Positions 42,996-55,919 of a DNA stretch of 64,000 nucleotides are shown piece after piece. The notes below the pieces were generated by a model. That model saw only the letters and a list, made by a program, of their open reading frames with translations. It had not been told where the DNA came from and did no database searches. The stretch is from Tubiluchus corallicola (lineage: Eukaryota > Animalia > Priapulida): assembly GCA_030141605.1 (NCBI GenBank), contig JAQGDQ010002386.1:224481-288480 (forward strand), given 5' to 3'. Position 1 is the stretch's first letter; each line of letters starts with the position of its first letter. Both the position numbers and the translations under genes were made by a program.

Positions 42996-44128
42996 GTAAA
43001 TACATGAAATAATTCTCAGACCTGGCACTCTTCATATGCTATGTAGATTTTTTTTATTTCAGGAAATATAAAGAATAAAAGCAAGCATGTAGTGATGGAA
43101 AGTTAAACAGCTTCTAAGAAAATAAAACAAATTAGAACTGTTTGGAAATTTGCAGCAAGAGTTAGTTGTACAAGTGTACAAGCCACTAGAGCTCTAACAA
43201 TAAGAAAACAAAGGTAACACCTTGCCAAAACACACTCGATGGCTTGAAACACTTTATACGTGAGTGAAGTGCAACAGATAAAAGAAAAATATATATTTTA
43301 CATTAACTGTTGTTCAAAACAATTCATGTGCAGGTATTATTGCCTAAAAGGATGATGTTCTTCTATTCTTAGCCCTTAGCAGTTCCAGTGTTGGAAATTT
43401 TTTTCAAGTTTCTTTCCAGGTCTTTGCATCCGAAAACTGATTACACGTTCAAACTAATAATTAGTTGTCTTTAATTAAGTTACTGCACACTTGATAATTA
43501 ATAATAAAACCATTGCCTCCATACTCAACCAAGATCAGTCTCTGAATCATGTGAGATGCAATTTAAAAACTTTAAGATAGAGTTAATTGCTTACAACAGA
43601 TGTAGAGACGATTGCTGCTTTAATCTGGTACTTTAAGTTAAAAAAGTAAGCGTCTTATATCCAACGCTTATCACATCTTGTTGATTCCTAATATTCCAAT
43701 GCCACCTTCCTGGTGGGTCAATAACTAGATATAGTTGCTGTGCTGCAAATATTAGCAGTGTGACCTGCTAATTTTATTCTATCTGTGAATTATTCCATCC
43801 ATTACATCACTGAGGCACTTATTGCAGTATGCTATTATTTAACAATAAACGCCAACAATAAATGTGTGCAAGGCTGTTATGCATTTGTCTAGCAAATGGT
43901 AAATAGATTGAAATTAAAAGCATTTGTGTTTACACTACTTTGTTCTGCACAACATTAGCAAGCAACAGAAAAACCACCTTATTTATAGCAAAAACAATTC
44001 AGGACTTTTAGATCACGTTCAGAATTATTGCAATCGAGAAGTACTCCTCGTATGCTAGTTCAAGAAAAGGAAATAAATATTACTCAAAGTTAAACAAGAC
44101 AGGTGTTTTCGATTTTTCTACAAATGAT

Positions 44129-45241
44129 ATGAAGAAATCTAAAGACGTTTCAAAGCAAGTTGTGAGTACCATAAGTTGCATAGCTTGGAAATCATGTGAT
44201 GACGATCCTTCAATGCCCATCAACCGTGAAATGGAAGAAAAGAATTTCACAGAAATTTTGATGATGAATGATATGTATAAAAGCTTAAAACCTTTGCTGC
44301 AATCTGCCAAAGTTTTTGGATTATTTCACGTACCAAATCAATACCAGGAGAGTTTTCGCATGCTGTCATATTTTTCTAGAAGCACCACTTGGTCGTTCAT
44401 TGTTTTTCTTGGTGTAGTGTCAATTTGCATAAAGTCTTTGGTTGCAGATGTACAACATGCTAACCTTACTACAGCCAGTGGTATTGCACAATCATTCGTC
44501 TTACTGTTGGAAGTAATTCTCACACTTGTGAGATTTTTTGCATTCATTGTTGGGTTCAAGATGAGAAAGGTGTTCATCGAGTTTGACAAGATGGCATGCA
44601 AGAGGAAATCATATTTTGCTAAATCTGATTCAACTACAACCAAAATTTCTGTAACTTTTATATCCTATTTCCTGGCAGTAATTGGATGGGTTACAATGAT
44701 TGTGACATTTGTTTATGCAGCAATTCATAAAGTAAAAGTTCATATCGGCAACGACAATAATACTATGGGCAACATAATTATATCAGCAGCATATCTCATT
44801 TACGACAAATTTCAACTCGCAGTGGTAATATTTCCTGCCTATATCACTACTTGTCTGTGTATCACCTTGATACAAAAATTTAAAAATGCAAAACTTGGTG
44901 AAACCACAGACCAGAATCTTCACGTCTTCTTAGAAAAGCAAACCAAATTCATTCATTTAATCAAAGTTATTGATGAGACAATGTCACCAATGCTTTTGAT
45001 GATTTGTTTCGGAAGCTTCATAGTGGTCGTTGTTCAAATTTATCTTTACAGCCATAATTATCACTGTGACATTCCACCAGGTTATCTACAGGAATTTGTC
45101 CACGTGTTTTCTACTCTGCAAAGTTTTTCATTCCTACTGATTCTTATCAGCTGCACAGCACTTCACGAAAAAGTCATGCAAGCTGAAAAAATTTTACATT
45201 CTATAAAGCGAAGTCAATTGGGAGAAATGGCCAGATATGAG
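44129..45241 (+). CDS. GRL variable exon V2, 371 codons
   Basis: Paralog of V1 (MYKSLKPLLQSAKVFGLFH); ends ARYE|gtaatt (donor 45242). Confidence 0.85.
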
Positions 45242-46896
45242 GTAATTACATTAAATAGTATCTTATGCTTATAAGGGACAGTTGTAGATGACGGAATGCT
45301 CAAAAAATCAAATCTCAAGTTCTGTTTTTGCTTGCTAATGGCATTCTAACAAAATATTATAAAGCACCTTTGCAAATACAGTTGCAATTATAAGACCATA
45401 ATAAAATAATTAACTGATCAAATGAATTAATAATTTACGTGTGAATGTTAAAATGTTACAAACTACAACAAAATTGCAAATGCAATGTTGCAAAGGCTAT
45501 AAAGGCTACAAAGGTAGTTTTACAGTCTATTGTTCTGCTGGATTCTGCATATAAACAGATTGAATCACTTGAGCATGTATGTATAGGCTAACAAATTTAA
45601 ATGTAAGCTTCATCCAAGGCTTGAAGGCCTGAAAGGTGGCTGCACATGACAGTATATCAGTTTATCCCCAACAATTATAGTTCTTTGTATTTTAGCCAGT
45701 GCAGTTCATTACACAAGTTGGGGTAATCCAGGTATGAAACTGTCTACACCATTGAGACTTTGCCAGTGGTGTAAATCGTGCCATCAGCTGCAAGTGAAAA
45801 CAGAGGCAATAAGCACATTTACCCGTGACATCACGTAGTGTCACCTTTAAACGCACAAGATTCTTGTACAGATTTTGTAACTTAAAATTAACATTTATTA
45901 TCACGTAAAGTAAAATTTTGCATTTTAGCACACTATATTTCTTTTATAAATTACTCCTAGAGTCACGTCTGAGGACTTCACGTATTTGAAATTGAAAAAT
46001 TACAAAATCGTGTTTATCTTATTTGCAGTTAACTGTGCAAGGTCTGTGAAGACCTTTTTATTGCTAATTTGAAAGAATATGCTTTCGCTCATTGAATCAT
46101 AAATGTTGACAATGCGTTTGTTTGCCGCTCCTCATATTTTTGCTATGGACGTCTCCGAATGCCTAATGTTTGCTTATAAACTCTGCTTTTAACAGAGGCT
46201 TGTTATCTCACTAGTTTTTACCAAAAATTGTTTCCTGTCAACTACAGTTTTACTTGCTTCAAGAAGGTCGACCTATCACTACCAAGTTATTAATAAAAAA
46301 AATTTCTCGCCCTGTTTTTAAACCTGTTTTTTACTGTGGGAATGCCTCAGCATATTACCATAATTCAACGCTGTCAGTTCTTTAGAACTTCTGTCTTTCA
46401 GATTTTATGACATTTCTGACTTAAAAAATGACGAAGAACATGGACATTCAATCGCACACACACATTGTGCATTGCGCCAAAAAAAATTAAAGGGGCAAAT
46501 GCTTTTTTTAATGATTTATTGGCTCTTTGTGTTGCCAACTGATCTATGTTCATCCAGCAGAGGATTAGTGTTGCCTAGTTCAGCTTTAACTCATCCACCA
46601 TAGAAGCCGAGAATAATCGATTAATACGTTCACAAGACTTTGAGTTTTTTCTTAGTTATAGTTTTAGCTGGTAATGAAATACTATTTTTTGAGACATGTC
46701 GAGGACAATCGTGTGAAAGTAACTTCTACAAAGCTCACAACTATTTAAGTATAGTCTTTTTTAATCTGAGTTCAGGGACTATTAGCGATCACCCTGACGA
46801 TTATAAAATTAGTCATGGTAATATGAACACATAATTAATTAGTTAATTAAATTTCGATACCAAACTTGCAAGACAGGCGTGTAAAATATTAGAAAT

Positions 46897-46966
46897 ACTG
46901 TCTGTATTTGAACCACTGCCCTTCTGCTTACAAGGCAGATGCTTCAGATCAATAAGCTACTTTATT
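46897..46966 (-). pseudogene. tRNA-derived pseudogene or SINE head (Thr-TGT-like)
   Basis: Minus strand gtagcttattgatctgaagcatctgccttgtaagcagaagggcagtggttcaaatac: degraded A box, anticodon arm ctgcc-ttgtaa-gcag, B box ggttcaaatac; acceptor stem poor. Confidence 0.5.
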
Positions 46967-47540
46967 ACTCAGCGAAAAGTTTTAACATTTCCTGTCTATA
47001 AACTTTGGTATCAAAATTTAGTTATATGTGTTTTTGTAATATCTTTCATAACAATCTTGACATTACGATTATAATAATTAAAAGTGGTCTTGTTTACTCA
47101 AAACAAAGGCACAGTTAATAAACTTGGTACAACCAAAACAGGTTTAACTGCGAAGGTATAATAGTAGAAAGTACAATTTTAGTGTTTTTCATTCATGCAA
47201 TAATAATTTCTAAAATGAATGCCTTTTTATAATGAATGCTCATTATATAAGTCAGTTTCTTTTTTGACTTCGATCATGGTGTATAGCGTAGGAATTCTAA
47301 AGGAGAGAAGAAATCGCTGCAATTATGGGCAAACTGACTATTTACCCAATTATAAATGTATCAAAAGAAAATGTTCTCCAATGTTTCTTTGTTTGGCATG
47401 CAGCACTCAACCACATTTCCTTTGGCTATTGTGATCTGTTAATGCATCAGCTTGAGGCTTCTACGAAGGAACCTAGGTCACCAGAGTGCTTCAAACACTT
47501 ATACTTGAACGAAGTGATGTTTTTGTTAAATTGTTTCATA

Positions 47541-48677
47541 ATGGGCACCAGAATACCTTCTGCTCCAACAAATACTTTTAAGAACTCAGTAATAAAAAGT
47601 CCAACGAAATGGACACCAATTCAGACAATGGTTGGTGATGGAAAGCTTGCAAATAACGTGATTTCAGAGTCTGGCGACTTCATATTGTTGGACACAGTGA
47701 GTTTTTATAAAAGCTTGCATCCACTTCTAACGTTAGCTAAAGTATTTGGCCTATTTCACATTCCAAGTAGAAAAAACACGCAAAGGAGATTCCAAGCTCT
47801 TCTATGTGGCAGTACGACGTGGTCATTAGCAATGGCTGTTGGAGTCACAATAGTGTGTACCTACGACTTAATTACGGACTTGAGAGCTGCAGACTTGATT
47901 ACTCCAGCTGGTATAGCACAATCATTTGTACTTTTTCTCGAGGTTGTGAATACTATCATTAGATGGTTTGCTTTTGTTTCAGCTTTTAAAGTGACCAAGT
48001 TGTTTTCCAAGTTTGAGTGTACTACAGAAAACAGTGCCGAACGGACAAAACTACTTAGGCTCAAATTGTTTAAACGAGAGCTAAAAGACAGCACTGTCAG
48101 CTGGACATTAGCCTTTGTAGGATGGATTGCGATGAGCTGCACATTTTTAAACGCTTTAGTAGAGAAAGTGAAATATATCTACGAAGATACATCCATTAGG
48201 AGTTGCGTTTTAAATATCGTATTTTTATTCTACGATAAATTACAACTTTCCACGATCATGTTTCCAGCCTTTATTATAGTTGGTGTTTGTTGCACTCTGC
48301 TCTCCTACTTTGAAACTCAAAAGGAACCCCCGAAAGTCAATACCGATAAAAATGTGTTAAGTTATCTGAAGGGACAGTCAGCAATTATAGAAGTTATTGA
48401 AGTCATCGATGCAGCTATATCACCCTCGCTTTTCATGATTTGTTTCGTGAGTTTCATGGTAACTGGATTGCAAGTATATCTCTACAGTCACAACTATCAC
48501 TTTGGTGTACCAAAAGGTTTTATGCAAGAGTTTATATTCGTCTATTCTACTCTGCAAACTGTCTCGTTCTTATTAATTCTGATCGGCTGCACAGCTGTGC
48601 ATGAAAAGATTTTGCAAGCGGAAAGAGCGTTACGCAAAGTTGAACTTTATCAACTGGGTGACGTGGCACGCTATGAG
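47541..48677 (+). CDS. GRL variable exon V3; probable start 47541 (MGTRIP), though the ORF is open from 47325
   Basis: FYKSLHPLLTLAKVFGLFH; ends ARYE|gtataa (donor 48678); start chosen to match paralog N-terminal lengths. Confidence 0.82.
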
Positions 48678-48746
48678 GTATAATATTGGGCCTATACCAA
48701 ATTAATTCTTTTTTTAAGGCATGTCGCCTCTGAAGTGAGGAAAATT

Positions 48747-49057
<311 letters not shown>

Positions 49058-50165
49058 ATTCTTTATTGCTATAAAATTTAGTAGTTTACTACCCATTCAA
49101 AAATTGACAGCATAACCAGTGTTTCCACTGCTGTGAGTATTAGTGTCAGGATAAAATAAAATTATGAGTAAAAACATGAGTGAAGCTATGATCATTACAT
49201 CGATTGCACAAAAGTCTACATTCATTTGACACGGTTCAGCGAGTACTTAACACAATTTACAATATTTGCAAGTAATAGTTTTGTCTAAGATATTAAAATT
49301 GTGTAAATATGAAATTGCATGAGTGGTTTTGATTTTTTTTGAGTTGGTGACACTACAAGTTGAATGTTGATAATAATAAAAAGGTGTGATTTGATATTTT
49401 GTATTAGGTCTTTTTGATGGCTAGCATGTTTTTAGTTCATTTTTGAATCCTTTTAGCGTCACTGCAGATTTTACATTAAATAGCTGAATACTCTTGCTTT
49501 TGTGTTAGTAACGGAAACAACACAGTAAAATTAAATAAAGCAAAAATAAAACAAAGCAAGAATAAAGCTCAGCGAAACAAAGCATAGACATAAAATATTA
49601 CAGCTTCTGAAACACACTGAGACTTGTAAAATCTGCATGTTACGATCAAAATAGAGTTTTGAAAATAATTTGTGTTGCCACTACTCAATGTTTAACGCCT
49701 TCATGCCGATTTTTATTTAGAATAATAGGTAAACAAGCAGAATGAAGCGAAGTATAAAATACACGACAATGTTTAGAGCGGCAAAATAATGTAAAATGGT
49801 CAGAAAAAAGAAAAAAATGCGACATGAAACAATAGTTATAACGAGGCAGCAGTACAATAATCATTATCGTTTATTAATATTATGACGACCAAATACTTAG
49901 CGCCAGTTTATCGATGAACATCACGTTTGTCAAACTGCTTGCCTTTGAATATTAATAAAATTAGGATGCAAATGCAGCTAAGAATTCAAGTTTATTGCAG
50001 CAAAATGTTTATGTTCACGGGTAAAGTCATTGGGTGAACGTAATTATCCGATGAGATTGAAAATGACGATGATGGTGGTGATAATGATTGTGATTGTTAC
50101 TCTGGTAATGACGAAAATGATAGTGATGGTGATAAATGAGAGCCATAATTGAATTGCTTTTGCAG

Positions 50166-50255
50166 GTACTTATTCATCTCCAACAACTATCATCAAGATC
50201 TATTGGCCTCACAATCTGGAAATTCTACGTCATCAATCGAAACTTTGCTTTTATC
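50166..50255 (+). CDS. GRL constant exon C1, 90 nt, phase 0/0 (VLIHLQQLSSRSIGLTIWKFYVINRNFAFI)
   Basis: Acceptor ttttgcag| and donor |gtgagt; 30 codons resembling the Gr IC3/TM7a segment. Confidence 0.9.
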
Positions 50256-50374
50256 GTGAGTTCAGTTTGTTGCTATTTTGGAAATATAGCTTCGCCCAGT
50301 TTAATTTTTAAAGTGGAGATTAGATTTTTGATCTTTTCACTGATGAACTCAATAAACAGTTTTGTAACGTGAGG

Positions 50375-50460
50375 CGAGTTGAGTAGCGGAGTGGTCATGG
50401 CATGCGTTTGTCAGTGAATGGCTCGTAAGTGCCCGGGTTTGATGCTCCCTGAGGGAAATT
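50375..50460 (+). mobile_element. Possible tRNA-derived SINE head in the C1-C2 intron
   Basis: A-box-like tagcggagtgg and degraded B-box ggtttgatgct at tRNA-like spacing. Confidence 0.4.
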
Positions 50461-50883
50461 TCATTCGCCATGCTAATTTCTTGTTGCGCATATTATACCC
50501 ATCTTCCGTACATATACATATATATGAATGTGATTAAAACAGCTCTACCAGCTCAGTGGTTCATCTTAATGGCTATTCATGATAACGAGTTTGGCATTGA
50601 TCTCCCCAAAAAACAGTGGACCTATTATTAAGAGCTGGATTTTGGGTTGCAATACATTTGCAATGTATTTTATAAAGATTAAAAATAAAAACGTGCTTTA
50701 CCTAAAGCACCTTCATCACAAAACAAATTCATATTTTGCTTTGAGTTCTTGTTGTCAAATAAACTCTTGAATAAAAGTTACCAAGCTAGTTTGTTACTAT
50801 TGCATGATAAATTTATAACTGTTATAACGTTTATAACTGTTGTTGAGTTGCTTAGTTTAACAATAAATGTTGTTGTTTTGCAG

Positions 50884-51045
50884 ATTGTCAGTGGTATCTG
50901 CACGTTTTTCATCGTGATAGTACAATTTCATCAGACAATTATTGGAAAGCAACAGACAAACGTGACACTCCTTATGGACGCCTTTGCCAATGAAGCTTGT
51001 CATATCTGCAGACGATTTCTCAACAACCTTAGTGATCCTGATTAG
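50884..51045 (+). CDS. GRL constant exon C2 (terminal): TM7b with TFFIVIVQF plus a 38-aa tail
   Basis: Acceptor tgttgttttgcag|; IVSGICTFFIVIVQF matches the Gr/GRL TYhhhhhQF signature; TAG stop ends at 51045. Confidence 0.9.
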   Translation: MVSGICTFFIVIVQFHQTIIGKQQTNVTLLMDAFANEACHICRRFLNNLSDPD

Positions 51046-52800
51046 AAGCTTCGAGCTTGTCAACTTGCTGCTATAGCTTGACAAAACGCATCTAACTATG
51101 GTGCAAATTCTGCAAATTAAACAATATATGTCACTTTAATATTAACCGAGCAACAAAACGAAGAAAAATGAGATTTTTCTAAGCCCAGGGACAGATTGTA
51201 TATTTTTATCCACTCATATAAGAATGTGTAGGTTTTTTACCTACTCATTTTGCTAATTTGAAATTTGAACCTAATATTCAGACGCATAAGCTTTAGCCAA
51301 ACAAAGACAGCAGAGTTTTATGTTGTGTGTTGTTTTTTATATAAAAATTTATTTCTTTTTTTGAATAATTCAGAAGGACCGAATTTTAGGGTTAAATTAA
51401 AATATCAGTAGGTGGACTACTCTTACCCTGACTGGTATCAAATTGGTATATGGCTAGTGTTTTAAGTAAACTGCATTCTTATTTTTTTTTTATAAAATTC
51501 CATGCATTGCAAGCCAAAATCCAACTTTTAAAAGCAGGTTCATTGTTTTTATGGCGAGAATCACAGCTCAATTCATTACCTGTACTTTTGATAACATTTA
51601 AATTACACTTAATCAAACTACGGTTCTCTTGTTTAAGAATAATCTGAGGATGCGTTCGAAAGCTTTTACATGGAAATTGAGAAACAAGAAGCGAGTTGCT
51701 GTTTTAACTTGCCTATATTCTTGCCTCTACTGAATTGTTATTACCACTTTAGAACTTTAAAAATTTATAGTTTTCAGAATGTTTAGTGTATGTAAAATGA
51801 ATGTATGTATGTATGAATTATTTACGTAAGCCTTCCTTTTACTTATTTGAACTGAATCGAAACTAAAATTTGTAGTGATTTAAAACTTCTTGATTTGATA
51901 GCAAATATCGTATTATGACTATTAGCAGAACGCAGTAGAAATAGCTCGTTTCTATCAGCTCCGGTATCTAAAGTCAAATTAACAATGTTCATATTGTTAG
52001 TGCTACTAATCTTTATTAACACTTATGTTTATTATAATTACATATTTCTTTAGAGAACACGTCTTTGTGCGTTGTGATGTGCACATAACAAATAAAAGTC
52101 CGTTTCTGTATTTGTGGCAGTAGCTGCATTATTGTATTTTGAGTGTGCAGTGGCGATAATGGCATCTCTGTCGAGCAATGCCGAAACGTGCCGATTTATG
52201 ACTAATCAAGTGAATAAGTCTTTAAAATTACGTCTTCATTGGCTTTTAAGCTAACATTAAGCTTTCCAAATCTAAATCACCCATTATTAGAGTCCCTGTA
52301 TATTTAAATATATAGTTGTAAATATATAGTAATTCTATCCATTATTACAGTATGCTGCTATCTTCTGGTGGGAAAAACGCAAAAACAAGACAGGCTAGGG
52401 GATGAAAATAACAGATGACAGAATGAGAATGGCCATTTCGTTTTTGTTGTAAACCGTGACATTTACAAGATTGACATGCTCAAACAAATATGATCACGCA
52501 TAGGCAAATCACATTTATTACATTAAAACGTGCCTGTAATTGTTTGCGATGAATAAACGGTAGCTCGCGTGGATGTCATTGACAATTTAGCTTAATGTTG
52601 GTGTTGGAAATACTTGATTGCTCCTTCTTTCTGGCTAAAGCTGTGAGTTAAACTAAACGTTGTGTCTTCTAATTAATACCGCAGGAACTCATACGACTTA
52701 GACAACTTCATTTGTAGCTACCGAAAAAGTTATCTAGACGTGTTTAGTCATCTTGCTTCGCTAGAAGTGACCTGTTGGTGACACAGTTTTTAAATCCAAA

Positions 52801-53901
52801 ATGAAAGCACATCATAACACATGGACCATCGGACTGACTGGTTCACTTAAAGTCACGAAGGAGCACGTTAAAACACTATCTCCTAGAAAACTCAATACAG
52901 GTTCCCATAATGATTCCAACTGCCAATTTTACCAGAAATTACGTCCACTATTGATTTTTGCCACAATTTTTGGCTTGTTTCACATGCCTAACAGAAAGAC
53001 GCAGAAACGGTTTGGGTTGGTGGTATTGTCCTACAGTACCATGTGGTCTTTGACTATTCAGATTTTCGTCACAGTTCCAACTATATGGTCCCTTATGCGT
53101 GATACCAGTAAAATTGATCTCACAGCAGCAGAAGGAATTGCCCGGTTATTTGTCATGTTTATGGAAGTAACACTCACATGTATAAGATGGTTGGTATTCT
53201 TTGCTGGATTTAAACTGGTAGATGTCTTAGCAGAATGCAGAGAAGTCAGCAAAATTCAATATCCAAATATGCTGGTTACAGTCATCTCTGGGAAACAGAA
53301 GTACTTGGAGAAAGGAATATCATGGATATTTGCCACGTTAGGAGGGATCATAATTGTCTTTTCGATTATTACAGAATCTCACACTTTGTGGAAGCGGTTT
53401 AAAAGCGGAGAAGAAGAAATTTCATTTCTGCCGATTCTGATTATGTATTTGGTTTCTGACAAGCTGCTGTTGGCAACTGTGATGTTTCCTGCTTATATTA
53501 TAACTTGCTTTTCCTACGTGCTAATATCCCATCAAAGATCATTTCAGAAAACAGAAGAAAATCTTTCAGCTGAAGAAGTCATGTTGTTTTTGAAAAGACA
53601 TTCAAAGTACATTCGCGTTGTCAAGGTCATAGACAACGCTATATCTTCTACACTGCTGATGATCTGTCTGGCAAGTTTTATGGTAGTTGTAGTACAAATT
53701 TATCTTTTCAGTCACAATTTCTATGCTAACATTTCCCACGGATATCTGCAACAATATTTGTATGTCTACTCTACCATGCAGTCTGTGTCATTTCTGCTGA
53801 TTCTTGTTAGCTGTACAGCAGTACATGAAAGCGTTATGGAGGCTGAAAATAAGTTACATGCGTTGAACAAAGAGAGCCTGGGGGAGACAGCACGTTATGA
53901 G
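52801..53901 (+). CDS. GRL variable exon V4, 367 codons; downstream TM7 exons not found in window
   Basis: FYQKLRPLLIFATIFGLFH; ends ARYE|gtaaat (donor 53902). Confidence 0.83.
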
Positions 53902-54700
53902 GTAAATTTATTGTATTGCATTTGTCTATCAGCAATATTTCACTAATTTCTGTTTTAAATCACTCATGTTTTGTGTGTAGGTTTGTATGTATTTATATAT
54001 TCTCTCCATTATCTATCGTAGTTTTTCGTACTTAGTATTTCTTTGTGTTGTCTTACAAAGAGATGATCTTGCTTACATGATTGCCTCCTGTTCTGAAAGT
54101 AGGGTGGGAGTTTAGCAGCCAAAACCTGAAATTGCTCAAAATATGGATTCCTCCATGGTGACCTTATTTTTGTGTTGGTTTTAGTATTGTTTTTTGTTGA
54201 ATTCTTTTATTCAGATAATAATGCAACACAGCTATCTTGTTGACTTTCATCATTTACACGAAATTTGATGATTATAATCAATTCCAAGCGATAAAGCGGC
54301 TAATGTGGAATTGTACTGTCTAGACATCCTATACCGCAGATCTTCTATTAATTAAATCAAAGCTGATTAAGATTAAATTATTTTTCATTATTGGTCTGCA
54401 GGGTGTAATTAGATTTCACGAAATCTGATCTTGATAAAATCTTTCCGAAATTTTAGTAACTCAGTAAACCGACTCACGTTCTAACTCCTTATTTTAACAG
54501 CTGCAAGAAAACAACAGAAAATAAACACTAGAGGCATTTACCTTTACCAACCCAACTATGAGAAAAATCGCGAATTTCGGATAGTATCTGCTACATAGGC
54601 CCCTGGGTCTATTTGCTCTTAAACCCAAAACATTGAGATCGAATGTTGTACAAGCCAACCGAGGCTATACAACCATAAGTCGTGCTTTAATATGGTGTGC

Positions 54701-54798
54701 GGTAAAACCGCACAAGTAAAAATGACACAAGAAAAAAACATGGTAAAAGTGGCACAGGAAAAATGGCACAAATGGAAATCGCACAATTGAAAATGGCA
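54701..54798. repeat. Degenerate ~14-15-bp tandem repeat (ggtaaaa(a/g)tggcaca-like), possibly a transposon subterminal array
   Basis: ggtaaaaccgcaca / gtaaaaatgacaca / ggtaaaagtggcaca / ggaaaaatggcaca. Confidence 0.55.
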
Positions 54799-55919
54799 TA
54801 TATGTTATTTTGATGCAATTAATTTCTATAAAAAAAACTAGAATGCGCCCAGTAGGAAGCAAATCTCTGCCAAAGGCGAACAATCCTAAACTTATTCGTC
54901 TGATTCCTTTGATTAAAAAAATTTACCCCAAAGATAAACCAAGCAAACATACAAAAATACACCTGTATTGGTATTATATAGACTAGACTCACAAAATATT
55001 TGTTCATTAAACAGATTTATAATCAATAATGCACGAATGTCCCACATACAATTTGAACTAGCCTTCTACACGTATTTTTTCTTCCTTATTGTTTCTTTTT
55101 ATGCATTTTGAATCATGTATTGGTAGTATTGCTGCTGGCACTGCTACCTCTTGTGCTCCAAAAATGTTATAGTCCCAAGTTATTTTTAGTATGCTTTATG
55201 ACTGCCATATAATAATCGTTTTGTTACTTTGTTGTAACACGACAATTAGACTAATACTTTGAGTGACAGATATGAAATTAAATGTGTTGTAGCACAAAGG
55301 GTCAGCAAACAAGAACGTTATCAGCAAATTGGCAAATAACCCGATAGCATGCAGGACAACTTATTGTAACTACAAAGGACAATTATGCTGTGGTGTCTGT
55401 TTGTAGCAGTTGTTTTGAATTGCGATTGTGTTTTGCAACAATATACGATGATGTAAAATAGCCTGTCTCATCAAAAACGCGATAAAGCATTTCTAAAACT
55501 CAATGTAATGAAACAAGAAGTCAAGTTATAATTATTTTGTGCGGACTTCAAGGTTTCCATTGTGATTTGGCCAGTTTAAAAGAAACACCTACCTAATCAG
55601 TCAGAGACGATCATTGGCAAAATTTAGCAATTATTAAAAAGCTTGCTTGCCACTGTCCAGCTTAAGTAAGTTTATGTGTTGACTGTCCTACATTATGTGG
55701 TTCTGTGACACTTGACATTTCTGTTGTTCCATTTAACAAATTGAGCCATAAAAACTGCAGTCTTTTAATCCCGGTCATATTACCAACACCAATTGTATAA
55801 GTACCAAATTTATTGGCAAATAAGCCAATTAAGGAAGCACATAGATTTCTAATATGAACGTGTCTTACTAGTAGCCAAATATAGATCAAGCTCCATTTTG
55901 TCGTCTGAAGATAAGTAAA

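Noticed and set aside
43334-43372. cag|GTA TTA at 43334 as a private C1 exon for V1
   Set aside because: Reads VLLPKRMMFFYS then stop; not homologous to C1
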